IMG/VR virus record: IMGVR_UViG_2879998633_000003
Location: 50,741-114,740 of that record
Source: a virus
Taxonomy: Duplodnaviria > Caudoviricetes
Direction: 5' to 3' (one strand)
DNA: 64,000 bases
Shown here: piece after piece, positions 47,621-57,550 of the stretch
Position numbering within the stretch: position 1 is the first letter of the stretch
Layout of the letters: each line of letters begins with the position of its first letter
The notes under the pieces: model-generated
What the model was told of the DNA's origin: nothing
What the model saw: only the letters and a program-made list of their open reading frames with translations
Database searches by the model: none
Made by a program: the position numbers and the translations under genes

Positions 47621-49467
47621 GCGGCTCGCTCCTGTTTGTTAATGCACATTTCCGGCAGATTGGCCCTAACCAGCGCCTCAGCAAAAGGCGGAGGAACCGC
47701 ATTACCACAACGCGCAACCTGCTTATCCTTCGCATACTTCACACCGCGGTAATCCTGGTCGATGATGTACCACTCCGGGAATCCCTGCGCTCTGTAGAGC
47801 TCATGCGGCTGCAGCATGCGCATGCCGATGTCGACAATGCGGTAAACAATGCCCTTAATCGTCACCAGTTCGCTGACGCCAAAAGAATTTAGGAACTCTT
47901 TAACTTGGTCCGCACGCCGCTCGTCGTAATCATTAGCCGCCAGCAGCGCGCTAACCTCTCCCACATGCTGACCTCCAGCGGTGATTGTCGGCATCGGTTC
48001 ATCAGTGCGCTGACCATCACGGCAGGTACCACGCAATTTTACCAGGTGCGATGTCACAAGAGCGTGATGATCGACGGTAGTCACTGAGTGAGCTGGCTTA
48101 TCAAGCGCAACGCCCGGACCGGTGTAGTTCCCGCCATAGTGTTTCGCCAGGAACGCAGTTGTTACGGCAAACTTATTGCCCCCAGCTGTAACAGTACCCA
48201 ACGGTTTACCAAGATTGAGAACCCGCGGCGATTGCCCTACCCGCTCGCCATACCCCATCTGAATAAGCGTAGCGGTGACAAACTGAGACTTACCCCCACC
48301 ACCAGCGGTAATAGTGGCGCTAGGCTCATCTGCCCGGTGGCCAATGCTGGCGCCGAACTGGCGGGCGATAACCGGGGCAACCACACATGCTCGGGAGTGT
48401 TTTAGGATGGTATGAACTGGTTTGTTGAGTGGACGCGGTTTAGCTTGATACTGGCTACCACCATTTCCAGCCATAAACGGTGCCAGAGTAGGTACCGCCA
48501 ATGCGTAACCATGAGTTTTGGTGATTGTCTGTATTGGTGAATACAACCCCTGCCCACGGAAACAATCATATTTACCGCGTGTCGTAGTGTGGTTGCATTT
48601 AACTATGAATGGGTTATCGCTATCGACCACAAATCTCTGGATACCCCGTGCTATACGCTTCAACGTGTTAACTGCAAGCGGCTTTTTGCGGTCAAATATC
48701 GATGGTGCAGGAATGGACCAGTCGATGCATTCAGCAGCTGTCCGCCATGGCGCCAGTTTTCCGACCTGCACTGCCGGTGATTTCGGATCACCGTGAGTAG
48801 CTTCTGGCCAGACTATCGGTTTCCCGTCCCTTCGCATCACCATGAAAAAGCGCTTACGAATAGTTGGTGCACCATAGTCGCAGGCGCGTAGCTCGCGATA
48901 ATCGACGTCATAGCCCAGCCCGGTAATCAAGCGCCTCGCCTGTTCGCTATCCGGCGATAACTCCAAAAATTCGCAGCATTCCAACAACGCAGGGTGATCT
49001 GCAGGAACTCCAGATGTCAGCATACCTACGAACGCCTGGAACGTTTCTCCAACGCGGTCCGGATCCGGACGCATTTCCGCCGCCAGTAGTGGACCCCACG
49101 TTTTAAACTCTTCGACGTTCTCAAGCATCATTACCCGCGGGCCAACATCCAGCGCCCAGCGAATAACGATCCACGCCAGCCCACGAATCGCTTTTTCAAC
49201 TGGTTTAGCTCCTTTTGCTTTGGAAAAGTGGCGACAGTCTGGGGAGAACCAGGTCAGGCCAACAGGTTTGCCGCTGGTTGCTGCGACAGGAGAAACATCG
49301 AACACACTTTCGCAGTAGTGCAAGGTATCCGGATGATTGGTACGGTGCATGGCAACAGCATTTTCGTCATGGTTAATGGCTATATCGACACTACGCCCAA
49401 TAGCCATCTCAATCCCGGTAGAGGCGCCGCCGCCTCCGGCAAAGTTATCAACGATAATTTCACGCAT
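47617..49467 (-). CDS. C5 cytosine DNA methyltransferase
   Basis: FAGGGG, SPDC, ENV, RKRFF, GNAV. Confidence 0.93.
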   Translation of the reverse strand: MREIIVDNFAGGGGASTGIEMAIGRSVDIAINHDENAVAMHRTNHPDTLHYCESVFDVSPVAATSGKPVGLTWFSPDCRHFSKAKGAKPVEKAIRGLAWIVIRWALDVGPRVMMLENVEEFKTWGPLLAAEMRPDPDRVGETFQAFVGMLTSGVPADHPALLECCEFLELSPDSEQARRLITGLGYDVDYRELRACDYGAPTIRKRFFMVMRRDGKPIVWPEATHGDPKSPAVQVGKLAPWRTAAECIDWSIPAPSIFDRKKPLAVNTLKRIARGIQRFVVDSDNPFIVKCNHTTTRGKYDCFRGQGLYSPIQTITKTHGYALAVPTLAPFMAGNGGSQYQAKPRPLNKPVHTILKHSRACVVAPVIARQFGASIGHRADEPSATITAGGGGKSQFVTATLIQMGYGERVGQSPRVLNLGKPLGTVTAGGNKFAVTTAFLAKHYGGNYTGPGVALDKPAHSVTTVDHHALVTSHLVKLRGTCRDGQRTDEPMPTITAGGQHVGEVSALLAANDYDERRADQVKEFLNSFGVSELVTIKGIVYRIVDIGMRMLQPHELYRAQGFPEWYIIDQDYRGVKYAKDKQVARCGNAVPPPFAEALVRANLPEMCINKQERAA

Positions 49468-50842
49468 GGCTAACCCCCTGCATGCTGCTGACCAGCCCGC
49501 TGGCAATAGTTATGATTTCGGTACTGGGCGTACGCTCAAGCCACAGCTGATTAATGTGTGCCTTCAGCTTATTTTGCTGAGACTCGTTAAGATGATTCAC
49601 GCCTTCGACTCGCTCAAACACCAGGCCTACTTCCAGTGGCCATATCCGGTTTTCGGGTAAGGCCTCTTTGGCAACGGAGAGAGCTTCACGGACATGAGTG
49701 CGGATCAGCCTGCTGTTGAACCAGCTCGCTTGATCCAGTCTACCGACAATATCGATGAACTCAGTTACCGGGCATGTGTCGACAAACTCTGCATACACCG
49801 AGTTCATGCGTTCTATGGTTTCTTCACGTGCAATTGTGGATCCGAGACCAACACCGTTAAGCCAGCCCACCAGCGCTTGTTTCGCAGTTTGTTTGATGAT
49901 CAGGGATTGAGCTGTGGCGATCACTTCTGAGTTAACCGGCGTAAACTCCGGTTTATCCACTGAATCAGCCGCCCAGGTATGACCGAATTTCGACTCGGCG
50001 AAGGTGTACTCGGCTTTATCGCCAAAAGCAGCAACCACGCATGCCCAGGATCGTATGCCGCTTTTCGCAAGGATTTCGTTCTGAAGGAGCGGTATTTCAG
50101 TTTCGGCTTGCTCTGTCTGGGGCAGTTCCATTACTGGACCTGTTGCCTGTTTACCCACGACGTACTGGGCCAGGGCCATACTCGCGCGCCCCTTCGCTTC
50201 AAGAGCCACACGATCGATATAGCTAAAGCGCTCACCTCGCCAGGACTTATCAAATACAACAATCGCCCCGGCAAAGAAGGCGCTGGTCGGCTTCTGCTTA
50301 TCGTCCGCCGGCTTAAACCAGGTAGGCAGATCGAAACCGATGCGACCGCGAATAAAACAGACATGATCCGCATCTTCTGGCCACCATGTCTCACTCGTCG
50401 CTGACTTCACCAGAAAGACATAACGACCACCCTTTTCACGCTGAGCGGATGCATAACTCATGATGTGGGTCATGCCTGTGATCGCCTGCTTTTCGTGATA
50501 CTGAGAACGGCTATACGGCGGATTTCCAAATGCCGCGCCGCCGAGTTCTATCAGTCGCCCCGCCCAGTCCTGCGTCAGGGCATTGTCTTCTGCTGAGTAC
50601 CACGCAGGGCATTTTGCGTTGCTTTCGTCTGCAAAGAGGTCCAGCACCAGCGGGCCATACATAGCGTTAACCCCCCAGAACAACAGATCGGGCGTTCTCC
50701 ACTGGTCGCCCACCTCCTTGAGATAGTGGGCAGGTGCAGCACGTAATGCATCCAGAGCATCACAGTACTGGCTTCTGGTGATTGGGAGTTCGGCCTCATC
50801 CACCAGCATTTCCCCTTCGCTGGTCGTGTTCAGTCGATGCAC
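49460..50842 (-). CDS. Phage N6-adenine methyltransferase (Dam-like) with C-terminal extension
   Basis: WRTP, LDLFA, NPPYS, GRIGF. Confidence 0.9.
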   Translation of the reverse strand: MHRLNTTSEGEMLVDEAELPITRSQYCDALDALRAAPAHYLKEVGDQWRTPDLLFWGVNAMYGPLVLDLFADESNAKCPAWYSAEDNALTQDWAGRLIELGGAAFGNPPYSRSQYHEKQAITGMTHIMSYASAQREKGGRYVFLVKSATSETWWPEDADHVCFIRGRIGFDLPTWFKPADDKQKPTSAFFAGAIVVFDKSWRGERFSYIDRVALEAKGRASMALAQYVVGKQATGPVMELPQTEQAETEIPLLQNEILAKSGIRSWACVVAAFGDKAEYTFAESKFGHTWAADSVDKPEFTPVNSEVIATAQSLIIKQTAKQALVGWLNGVGLGSTIAREETIERMNSVYAEFVDTCPVTEFIDIVGRLDQASWFNSRLIRTHVREALSVAKEALPENRIWPLEVGLVFERVEGVNHLNESQQNKLKAHINQLWLERTPSTEIITIASGLVSSMQGVSHA

Positions 50843-51288
50843 AGATCACCTCCGCAGTAATTCCCGGCTAACAGACACTCAGTGTGTGATTTCCCCATGC
50901 GTGCTTTCCGGAGGCAGGCATTTTTCTGACGAATGTAATATTCAAGAGTTTTTTGGCTGCAGCTTGAGGTACTGAGCTGGTGCCACACAGTAGCGGCCCG
51001 GCGATACAAGCTGCGCTCTTCGAGTTTTTTAGCGGCTTTTTCCTGTTCCAGGTTGCCTCTGGACTTAAAGTCGTCCTGTAGGTCATCGCAGCAGGATGCA
51101 TCATTGATGACTCGATAAATAAAACCGCATGAGGTTGCTTTGGTTTCCAGGCGCCCTTCTGTGTACAGGCGATACACAGCACTTTTCACAGAAACAGGTT
51201 TGCAGTCAGGAAAGGCAGCAATGATATCGCGCATTTTCTGATCTGGGTTTTTAGCAATGAATTCAAAGGCCATTTGAGTAATGTTCAT
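50830..51288 (-). CDS. HTH + PerC-like protein
   Basis: AKKLEERSLYRRAATVW. Confidence 0.75.
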   Translation of the reverse strand: MNITQMAFEFIAKNPDQKMRDIIAAFPDCKPVSVKSAVYRLYTEGRLETKATSCGFIYRVINDASCCDDLQDDFKSRGNLEQEKAAKKLEERSLYRRAATVWHQLSTSSCSQKTLEYYIRQKNACLRKARMGKSHTECLLAGNYCGGDLCID

Positions 51289-52196
51289 CCACGAAACCCC
51301 TTCGGTATGGTCGTTTGCACTGCACCAATTTGGTTGATATCCCGCGGCTTACTTCTGTCCCAGCATTCCCGTGGCGGTCGCCCTTTGGCATCCCAGCGGA
51401 TAGCGCTCTGCAGATAGCCCTCGAATTTTTTAGGCCCAAAAAGTGTCTCGGGGCGCATGTACTGGTATTGCTCGTCGTTGCCATGCCAGTGCTCATGCTT
51501 AACGTCGATAACGAGTTTCAGATCTGGAACGGTATGCCCCTCACGTAGACGTGCCCGAATGTTTTCGAGGGAAGTTTTTGACTTCTGAAACCGGGAGCCA
51601 CTGACCTGATTCAGATGCGTCAGAACTTCGATCGCATGGTTAGTGATCACCACTTCAGGATCCGGCTTATCGTCGGGTTCCGCAGGAGCCCGACAAAAAG
51701 GTTTTTTAGATGACGGATCTAATGACGGATCTAATGACGGATCGCCTTCAACCATTGAGGGGTCCCCCCGCAATATTTGAGGGGATGCAGACCCATTATT
51801 TGAGGCGTCAGAATTTGACCCCTCAAATTTTGAACCCTCAATTTCTGAGGCATCAAATTTTGATTGTTCACGCGGGGTTGCGTAGAAGAGTTTTGCTTCA
51901 GCTGCTGCACGTTCCAGCATATCGACGTTGAGTTTGTAGACGTTCGAATTATTCTTGCCGCCTACGCGACGCTCCTGCTTCTTCAGCCACCCTTTCGCCT
52001 GAAGTTTTTTAATGGCGCTTCGAACAGTGTTCTCGCTCTTTGCCCCGATCTGTCGCTGAATAGTTGTCACAGCAGGCCACGATATTCCTTCGTCGTTGCT
52101 GAAGTCAGCCAGGCGGGCCATGACCGCTATTTCAGATATGATCAGGCCTTTGAAAGCACAGGCTTCCCATACCAGACCGTGTAATTTACTGCTCAT
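51285..52196 (-). CDS. Phage replication initiator (N-terminal HTH + conserved phage C-terminal domain)
   Basis: LADFSNDEGISWP; YMRPETLFGPKKFEGYL. Confidence 0.85.
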   Translation of the reverse strand: MSSKLHGLVWEACAFKGLIISEIAVMARLADFSNDEGISWPAVTTIQRQIGAKSENTVRSAIKKLQAKGWLKKQERRVGGKNNSNVYKLNVDMLERAAAEAKLFYATPREQSKFDASEIEGSKFEGSNSDASNNGSASPQILRGDPSMVEGDPSLDPSLDPSSKKPFCRAPAEPDDKPDPEVVITNHAIEVLTHLNQVSGSRFQKSKTSLENIRARLREGHTVPDLKLVIDVKHEHWHGNDEQYQYMRPETLFGPKKFEGYLQSAIRWDAKGRPPRECWDRSKPRDINQIGAVQTTIPKGFRG

Positions 52197-52365
52197 GGCT
52201 GCCCTCTACTTCCCTGAATTTTCGTTGAAACTGATCGAGTGGGCTAAAACACTCGTGCGGATAGCCTTCCCTGAGGTAAATGACACGATTGGTCTCACGT
52301 TCCCACCGTATGACTCTGACGGGCTTGCCATAGTGGTCTCTGAACTTTCGGTTAACTTCGCGCAT
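52186..52365 (-). CDS. DUF4222-like small protein
   Basis: MREVNRKFRDHYGKPVRVIRWE...VIYLREGYPHECFSPL; 59 aa, below track cutoff. Confidence 0.7.
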   Translation of the reverse strand: MREVNRKFRDHYGKPVRVIRWERETNRVIYLREGYPHECFSPLDQFQRKFREVEGSHEQ

Positions 52366-52537
52366 AACGCTTTTACCCTCCGGTTAAAGACCCCCACAAT
52401 TGCCGTTGCCCGGCTGTGGTTACATGAAACCCATTTACCGCATACCATGCGTTCATACCGAAACAGCGCAGCACCCGTCACCGGACGCATACGTAGTTGC
52501 GGTAACCTGAGATTTACGATTAAATTGCTCATGCGGA

Positions 52538-53086
52538 TTATTTCTCCATACACGTTGATTTATCTGCCACGACGCCCGGAGCTGCACACTCGCGGGCGTC
52601 ACTCTTTTCTGGCTGACAAAAGACACGGAAAAGTAACGTTAAATGCTCCTGCCATTTCGCCATGACCTGGTAACTGTTCTCCTCGATCTGCTCACGTTCG
52701 GCCTGGTCAATAACACCGTCAGCAGTGGCTTTGCGTAGATACTGCGAGTGTTTTCCTATCCACTCGATCGACTCCATCAAGCGCTGGTTAATATCGGCAT
52801 TGTCAACTTCCTCGATATCGGCCAGTGGCACGAATACCCCGTTCGAATGGCGTGCTATCGCATTGGCAATGTGGTTTGATCCACCAGCACGCTGCAGAAC
52901 CATTGCCCAGCCGAGAGGAAAAATCTGATCACCATCGGCGCGTAAACGGTTAAACAATGCATTTTCAGTAACGCCCAGCCACTCCGCTGCTTCCACGTAA
53001 CCACCGTCCAAATCAGTGATCGTTTTTTTTATAGCGGCCACCAGCCATGCCGGCTGCTTATCCACTTTCCATTCAGGTTCATTCAT
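52538..53086 (-). CDS. YmfL-family regulator
   Basis: QPAWLVAAIKKTI...LFNRLRADGDQIFP...ADGVID. Confidence 0.85.
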   Translation of the reverse strand: MNEPEWKVDKQPAWLVAAIKKTITDLDGGYVEAAEWLGVTENALFNRLRADGDQIFPLGWAMVLQRAGGSNHIANAIARHSNGVFVPLADIEEVDNADINQRLMESIEWIGKHSQYLRKATADGVIDQAEREQIEENSYQVMAKWQEHLTLLFRVFCQPEKSDARECAAPGVVADKSTCMEK

Positions 53087-53165
53087 TGGTATTACCTCTG
53101 TTGGTGCCGAACGCGCCTTCGGATATTCTGGGTTTTCCACACCTAAGGACCGAAGGAGGTTCTGT

Positions 53166-53636
53166 ATGGCAATTGATTACGCTAAGATCTTCATCTCTCA
53201 TGTTCGTAATGTTTCCAAAGCCAATAAGTGGTTAACAGAAGGTGAAGCACTCCCTACCTATCGGTCCTGGATCCGTGCTGAGCAGTTGCTGCGCCTTGAC
53301 GTTGTTCTGATTAAGCACAGAGAGCGCTATTCCGCTCCTTGGGAGCCGCTTTTCGGACGTAATGGAATTACTCATCTTCTTGCGACCCGTTACGGCTGGT
53401 CACCTGAGCAAGTGAGGATGCTTTCTTTCGCTGATGTTCTTCTTTCGCTTCAGCAAGATCTGGCAGAAGTGAATATCCCACCGGAAGAACTGGCCCTTCC
53501 TGAATACGTTCGCCAGTCTGACGAATTCGAAATTCTCTCCCGAGGTCAATATCGAACTGAATTGCCACCTTGTCAGGAGCATGAATGGGATCATACGATT
53601 GCAGAGAGAGACCAAGGCCAGCGTAAGCCACAATAA
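53166..53636 (+). CDS. Phage hypothetical protein, antisense to the early right operon
   Basis: AGGAGG RBS, ATG at 53166. Confidence 0.65.
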   Translation: MAIDYAKIFISHVRNVSKANKWLTEGEALPTYRSWIRAEQLLRLDVVLIKHRERYSAPWEPLFGRNGITHLLATRYGWSPEQVRMLSFADVLLSLQQDLAEVNIPPEELALPEYVRQSDEFEILSRGQYRTELPPCQEHEWDHTIAERDQGQRKPQ

Positions 53637-53850
53637 GTGCTTCAGCAGCTTCCAGCTCATTGACCGTACTACGATGCTCTTCCAGTTTTTCCTGGTGGTA
53701 TACGAGGTACAAAATGGCATTGGCTTTCCCAATGAGCCAGTCAGCTAAATCACGCCCTTCGAGCCCGCCGGCCCAAACTTGCGGGCTGTCTTTGAACACC
53801 TTCAGAGTTACTTCATCATTGCTATGATTTTTGCCTGTTACATTGCCCAC
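53368..53850 (-). CDS. Hypothetical protein after cro; overlaps the previous gene tail-to-tail
   Basis: AAGGGG RBS + GTG. Confidence 0.45.
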   Translation of the reverse strand: MGNVTGKNHSNDEVTLKVFKDSPQVWAGGLEGRDLADWLIGKANAILYLVYHQEKLEEHRSTVNELEAAEALIVAYAGLGLSLQSYDPIHAPDKVAIQFDIDLGREFRIRQTGERIQEGPVLPVGYSLLPDLAEAKEEHQRKKASSLAQVTSRNGSQEDE

Positions 53851-53983
53851 GGCTTACCCCTTATCTCTGTGGTGTCATTCATGCTTTATGTGGATTAGTC
53901 TTCTCATAAAGCGTAAGCGTACAGCGTGAACCGTCTGGTCATAATCTGAAGCATCCGACAAAGTGGTGTCCACCAAATAAGTA

Positions 53984-54382
53984 GTGGGAACCAAAGTGTC
54001 AGATATGCAGAAAAATATGACTCCCGGCAGGCGTAAAGGCTGCCCTAATTATTCTCCTGAGTTTAAACAGCAACTCGTTGCTGCCTCCTGCGAACCCGGG
54101 ATATCCATCTCAAAACTGGCGCTTGAAAATGGCATTAATGCCAATCTGCTCTTTAAATGGCGCCAGCAGTGGCGCGAGGGAAAGCTGCTATTACCTTCCT
54201 CTGAGAGTCCTCAGTTACTTCCTGTGACTCTCGATGCCACCGCCGTACAACCAGAACCGCCCGCTGAGGACTCAGAGCTCAGCATCAGCTGTGAGGTAAC
54301 GTTCCGGCACGGGACACTCCGCCTCAACGGCACTGTCAGCGAAAAGCTTCTGACTCTGCTGATACAGGAACTGAAGCGATGA
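53984..54382 (+). CDS. tnpA: IS66 TnpA
   Basis: HTH: YSPEFKQQLV...NANLLFKWR. Confidence 0.9.
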   Translation: MGTKVSDMQKNMTPGRRKGCPNYSPEFKQQLVAASCEPGISISKLALENGINANLLFKWRQQWREGKLLLPSSESPQLLPVTLDATAVQPEPPAEDSELSISCEVTFRHGTLRLNGTVSEKLLTLLIQELKR

Positions 54383-54726
54383 TCCCGCTACCAACAGGCA
54401 CCAAAATCTGGCTGGTTGCCGGTATTACCGATATGAGAAACGGCTTCAACGGGCTGGCTGCAAAAGTGCAGACGGCGCTGAAAGACGAACCGATGTCCGG
54501 CCATGTCTTCATCTTCCGGGGCCGCAGCGGCAGTCAGGTTAAACTTCTGTGGTCCACCGGCGACGGGCTGTGCCTGCTGACCAAACGGCTGGAGCGCGGG
54601 CGCTTCGCCTGGCCGTCAGCTCGCGATGGCAAAGTGTTCCTGACCCCGGCGCAGCTGGCAATGCTGCTGGAAGGCATCGACTGGCGACAGCCGAAGCGGT
54701 TGCTGACCTCCCTGACCATGCTGTAG
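54379..54726 (+). CDS. tnpB: IS66 TnpB accessory protein
   Basis: TDMRNGFNGL...KRLERGRFAWP. Confidence 0.93.
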   Translation: MIPLPTGTKIWLVAGITDMRNGFNGLAAKVQTALKDEPMSGHVFIFRGRSGSQVKLLWSTGDGLCLLTKRLERGRFAWPSARDGKVFLTPAQLAMLLEGIDWRQPKRLLTSLTML

Positions 54727-54775
54727 GCTTCTTTATCCTGGTTGTCGCAGAATAAGCCTGGTAAAATGCTGGCTT

Positions 54776-56314
54776 ATGAATGACATCTCTTCTGACGACA
54801 TCCTTCTGCTGAAACAGCGCCTTGCCGAACAGGAAGCGCTGAACCGTGCCCTGCTGGAAAAGCTGGCAGACCGGGAGCGCGAAATAGACCATCTGCAGGC
54901 GCAGCTGGATAAACTTCGCCGGATGAACTTCGGCAGCCGTTCTGAAAAAGTCTCCCGCCGTATCGCACAAATGGAAGCCGATCTGAACCGGCTTCAGAAA
55001 GAGAGCGATACGCTGACCGGTCGGGTGGATGACCCGGCAGTACAGCGCACTCTGCGTCAGACCCGCACCCGCAAACCGTTCCCCGAATCACTCCCCCGCG
55101 ATGAAAAACGCCTGCGGCCAGCGGGTTCCTGCTGCCCGGAGTGTGGTGGTGCGCTGAGTTACCTGGGTGAGGATGCCGCTGAACAGCTGGAGCTGATGCG
55201 CAGCGCCTTCCGGGTGATCCGGACCGTACGGGAAAAACATGCCTGCACAAAATGTGATGCCATCGTGCAGGCCCCCGCGCCTTCGCGCCCCATTGAGCGG
55301 GGTATCGCCGGACCGGGGCTGATGGCCCGCGTGCTGACCTCAAAGTATGCAGAGCACACACCGCTGTATCGTCAGTCTGAAATATACGGTCGCCAGGGCG
55401 TGGAACTGAGCCGTTCACTGCTGTCGGGCTGGGTGGATGCATGCTGCCGGCTGCTGTCCCCGCTGGAGGAGGCGCTTCAGGACTATGTCCTGACTGACGG
55501 TAAACTCCATGCCGATGATACCCCGGTCCAGGTGCTGTTGCCGGGCAATAAGAAGACGAAGACCGGGCGGTTGTGGACGTATGTTCGTGATGACCGCAAC
55601 GCCGGGTCAGCGCTGGCACCGGCGGTGTGGTTCGCCTACAGCCCCGACAGAAAAGGCATCCATCCGCAGACCCATCTTGCGGGGTTCAGCGGTGTGCTAC
55701 AGGCGGATGCGTACGCCGGGTTCAACGAGCTGTACCGCGATGGCCGGATAACGGAAGCCGCCTGCTGGGCTCACGCCCGCCGTAAAATCCACGATGTGCA
55801 CGTTCGCACGCCGTCAGCCCTGACGGAGGAAGCCCTGAAGTGTATCGGCGAACTGTATGCCGTGGAGGCGGAAATAAGAGGAATGCTGGCGGAACAACGG
55901 CTTGCTGAACGTCAGCGGAAAACGAAACCGCTGCTTAGTACCCTGGAAAGCTGGTTGCGTGAAAAAATGAAAACGCTGTCGCGACACTCGGAGCTGGCAA
56001 AGGCGTTCACGTACACCCTGAACCAGTGGCCGGCCCTGACGTACTATGCAGAAAACGGCTGGGCCGAAGCCGATAATAACATCGCTGAAAATGCGCTGCG
56101 GATGGTCAGTCTGGGTCGTAAAAACTGGTTGTTCTTCGGCTCAGACCACGGTGGTGAGCGGGGAGCGTTGCTGTACAGTCTGATCGGGACGTGCAAACTG
56201 AACGGCGTGGATCCAGAAAGCTACCTTCGCCATGTCCTTGACGTCATAGCTGACTGGCCGGTCAACCGGGTCAGCGAGCTGCTACCCTGGCGCATCACAC
56301 TGCCAACTGAATAA
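54776..56314 (+). CDS. tnpC: IS66 TnpC DDE transposase
   Basis: CPECGG, HADDTP, CWAHARR, DNNIAE. Confidence 0.96.
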   Translation: MNDISSDDILLLKQRLAEQEALNRALLEKLADREREIDHLQAQLDKLRRMNFGSRSEKVSRRIAQMEADLNRLQKESDTLTGRVDDPAVQRTLRQTRTRKPFPESLPRDEKRLRPAGSCCPECGGALSYLGEDAAEQLELMRSAFRVIRTVREKHACTKCDAIVQAPAPSRPIERGIAGPGLMARVLTSKYAEHTPLYRQSEIYGRQGVELSRSLLSGWVDACCRLLSPLEEALQDYVLTDGKLHADDTPVQVLLPGNKKTKTGRLWTYVRDDRNAGSALAPAVWFAYSPDRKGIHPQTHLAGFSGVLQADAYAGFNELYRDGRITEAACWAHARRKIHDVHVRTPSALTEEALKCIGELYAVEAEIRGMLAEQRLAERQRKTKPLLSTLESWLREKMKTLSRHSELAKAFTYTLNQWPALTYYAENGWAEADNNIAENALRMVSLGRKNWLFFGSDHGGERGALLYSLIGTCKLNGVDPESYLRHVLDVIADWPVNRVSELLPWRITLPTE

Positions 56315-56535
56315 CACATCCCCGTCAATACGGTTCTCGCTGTACGCTTACCATAAAGCTCAGGACGAAAAATTAGCTTTCCATTGGTACGATATGCAGC
56401 TTCAGCAGCACGACCTTTAGGGATCAGACTTCCTGGGCGTTTTCTCCATTGATAAAAAGCCTCAGGAGAAACGCCGAAGAAATCAGCTGCCTTATTGGGG
56501 GTTCCGAAGAACGTTTCTAACTCTGTTGTTGTCAT
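56221..56535 (-). CDS. cro: Cro-like repressor; last 8 codons displaced by IS66 (remnant at 53879-53904)
   Basis: HTH divergent from cI; reconstructed native end PELYEKTNPHKA*. Confidence 0.85.
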   Translation of the reverse strand: MTTTELETFFGTPNKAADFFGVSPEAFYQWRKRPGSLIPKGRAAEAAYRTNGKLIFRPELYGKRTARTVLTGMCYSVGSVMRQGSSSLTRLTGQSAMTSRTWRR

Positions 56536-56543
56536 ACACCCTC

Positions 56544-56606
56544 CTAAATTTATTTAGATATTACTTACAAAGCAAATTTAGGTCAATTAAAGCTAAGATA
56601 ATTTAG
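56544..56606. promoter_or_regulatory. OR operators (CTAA-N6-TTAG at 56544 and 56593) and pR (TTGACC-N17-TAATAT, minus strand)
   Basis: Same palindrome recurs at OL. Confidence 0.8.
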
Positions 56607-56629
56607 TTTTCATAACATGGCGAACCACA

Positions 56630-57274
56630 GTGAGCACATTTGGAAGTCGTTTAAAATCATTGAGAAAGGACCGTAAACTTACCCAGAAGCAACTGGGTAG
56701 AGTTGTTGGAGTGACAGATGTCACCATTGGGTACTGGGAGAAAGATCAAAACATACCTGGAGGTGTCTCGCTGACAAAATTAGCGCGGTATTTTGGGGTT
56801 TCTGAGGACTTTCTCCTAACCGGAAAAGAGGAGCTCTCAAACGTAACGCCAGGTAACTTGGGCGCTATGCAGATCCCTATCATAAGCTGGGTGCAAGCCG
56901 GCAGTTGGACATCTGAAAGTGATGCTCGTAATTTAGAGGGCGCCGTGGATTACATTTTAACTAACGGCGCTCATTCGTTTGGTACCTTCGCACTTAAGGT
57001 ACGTGGAAAATCGATGGAGCCGGAGTTCAAAGAAGGAGACACTATCATTGTAGATCCTGACTTGTGTCCAGGCCCTGGTGACTATGTTGTAGCCAAAAAC
57101 GGTAGTGAATACGCCACTTTTAAAAAATACCGTGCAAGAGGTGTCAACGAGGACGGCGAAGAGGTATTCGAATTGGTTCCCTTAAACCCTGATTTTGCTG
57201 CTTTAAATTCTGCTGTAGAAAAAATTTCCATCATCGGTGTTGTTGTCGAACACCGCCGCCAGATGCGACGCTAA
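56630..57274 (+). CDS. cI: CI repressor (HTH + S24 peptidase)
   Basis: VQAG cleavage site, GKSMEP, TFKKY. Confidence 0.93.
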   Translation: MSTFGSRLKSLRKDRKLTQKQLGRVVGVTDVTIGYWEKDQNIPGGVSLTKLARYFGVSEDFLLTGKEELSNVTPGNLGAMQIPIISWVQAGSWTSESDARNLEGAVDYILTNGAHSFGTFALKVRGKSMEPEFKEGDTIIVDPDLCPGPGDYVVAKNGSEYATFKKYRARGVNEDGEEVFELVPLNPDFAALNSAVEKISIIGVVVEHRRQMRR

Positions 57275-57305
57275 TCTTTCTCCCTCCCCTTACCAATGGT
57301 GAAAA

Positions 57306-57358
57306 CTAAAAATATTTAGTATTTTCACCTTGACCAAAAAACTAAATTATTTTAGATT
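57306..57358 (+). promoter_or_regulatory. OL operators (57306-57319, 57342-57355) and pL (TTGACC-N17-TAGATT)
   Basis: CTAAAAATATTTAG and CTAAATTATTTTAG. Confidence 0.8.
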
Positions 57359-57460
57359 TTATTCATCAGCCGCGGACATACCGTACGTCGAAGTGCAGGC
57401 ACTAGAGACATACGAAAACCATGGTGACTCGCTAAGCATTCAACCGAAGAGGCATTCAGG

Positions 57461-57550
57461 ATGGATAAAGAATACGAAGAATATTTTGACAGTCTGGCAG
57501 AAGGTGAAGAAGCACTGAGCTTTGCCGAGTTCTGCGAGGCTCTCTCCTAA
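57461..57550 (+). CDS. 29-aa acidic peptide
   Basis: MDKEYEEYFDSLAEGEEALSFAEFCEALS*; GAGG upstream. Confidence 0.5.
   Translation: MDKEYEEYFDSLAEGEEALSFAEFCEALS

Larger units (their letters stand above)
53913..56351 (+). mobile_element. IS66-family element (ISEc8-like), 2439 bp, 8-bp target duplication CATAAAGC
   Basis: Terminal IRs GTAAGCGTACAGCG.GAACCGT; TSD at 53905-53912 and 56352-56359. Confidence 0.97.

Noticed and set aside
54379-54726. RNA-guided TnpB nuclease
   Set aside because: This is the small IS66 accessory TnpB, unrelated to IS200/IS605 TnpB
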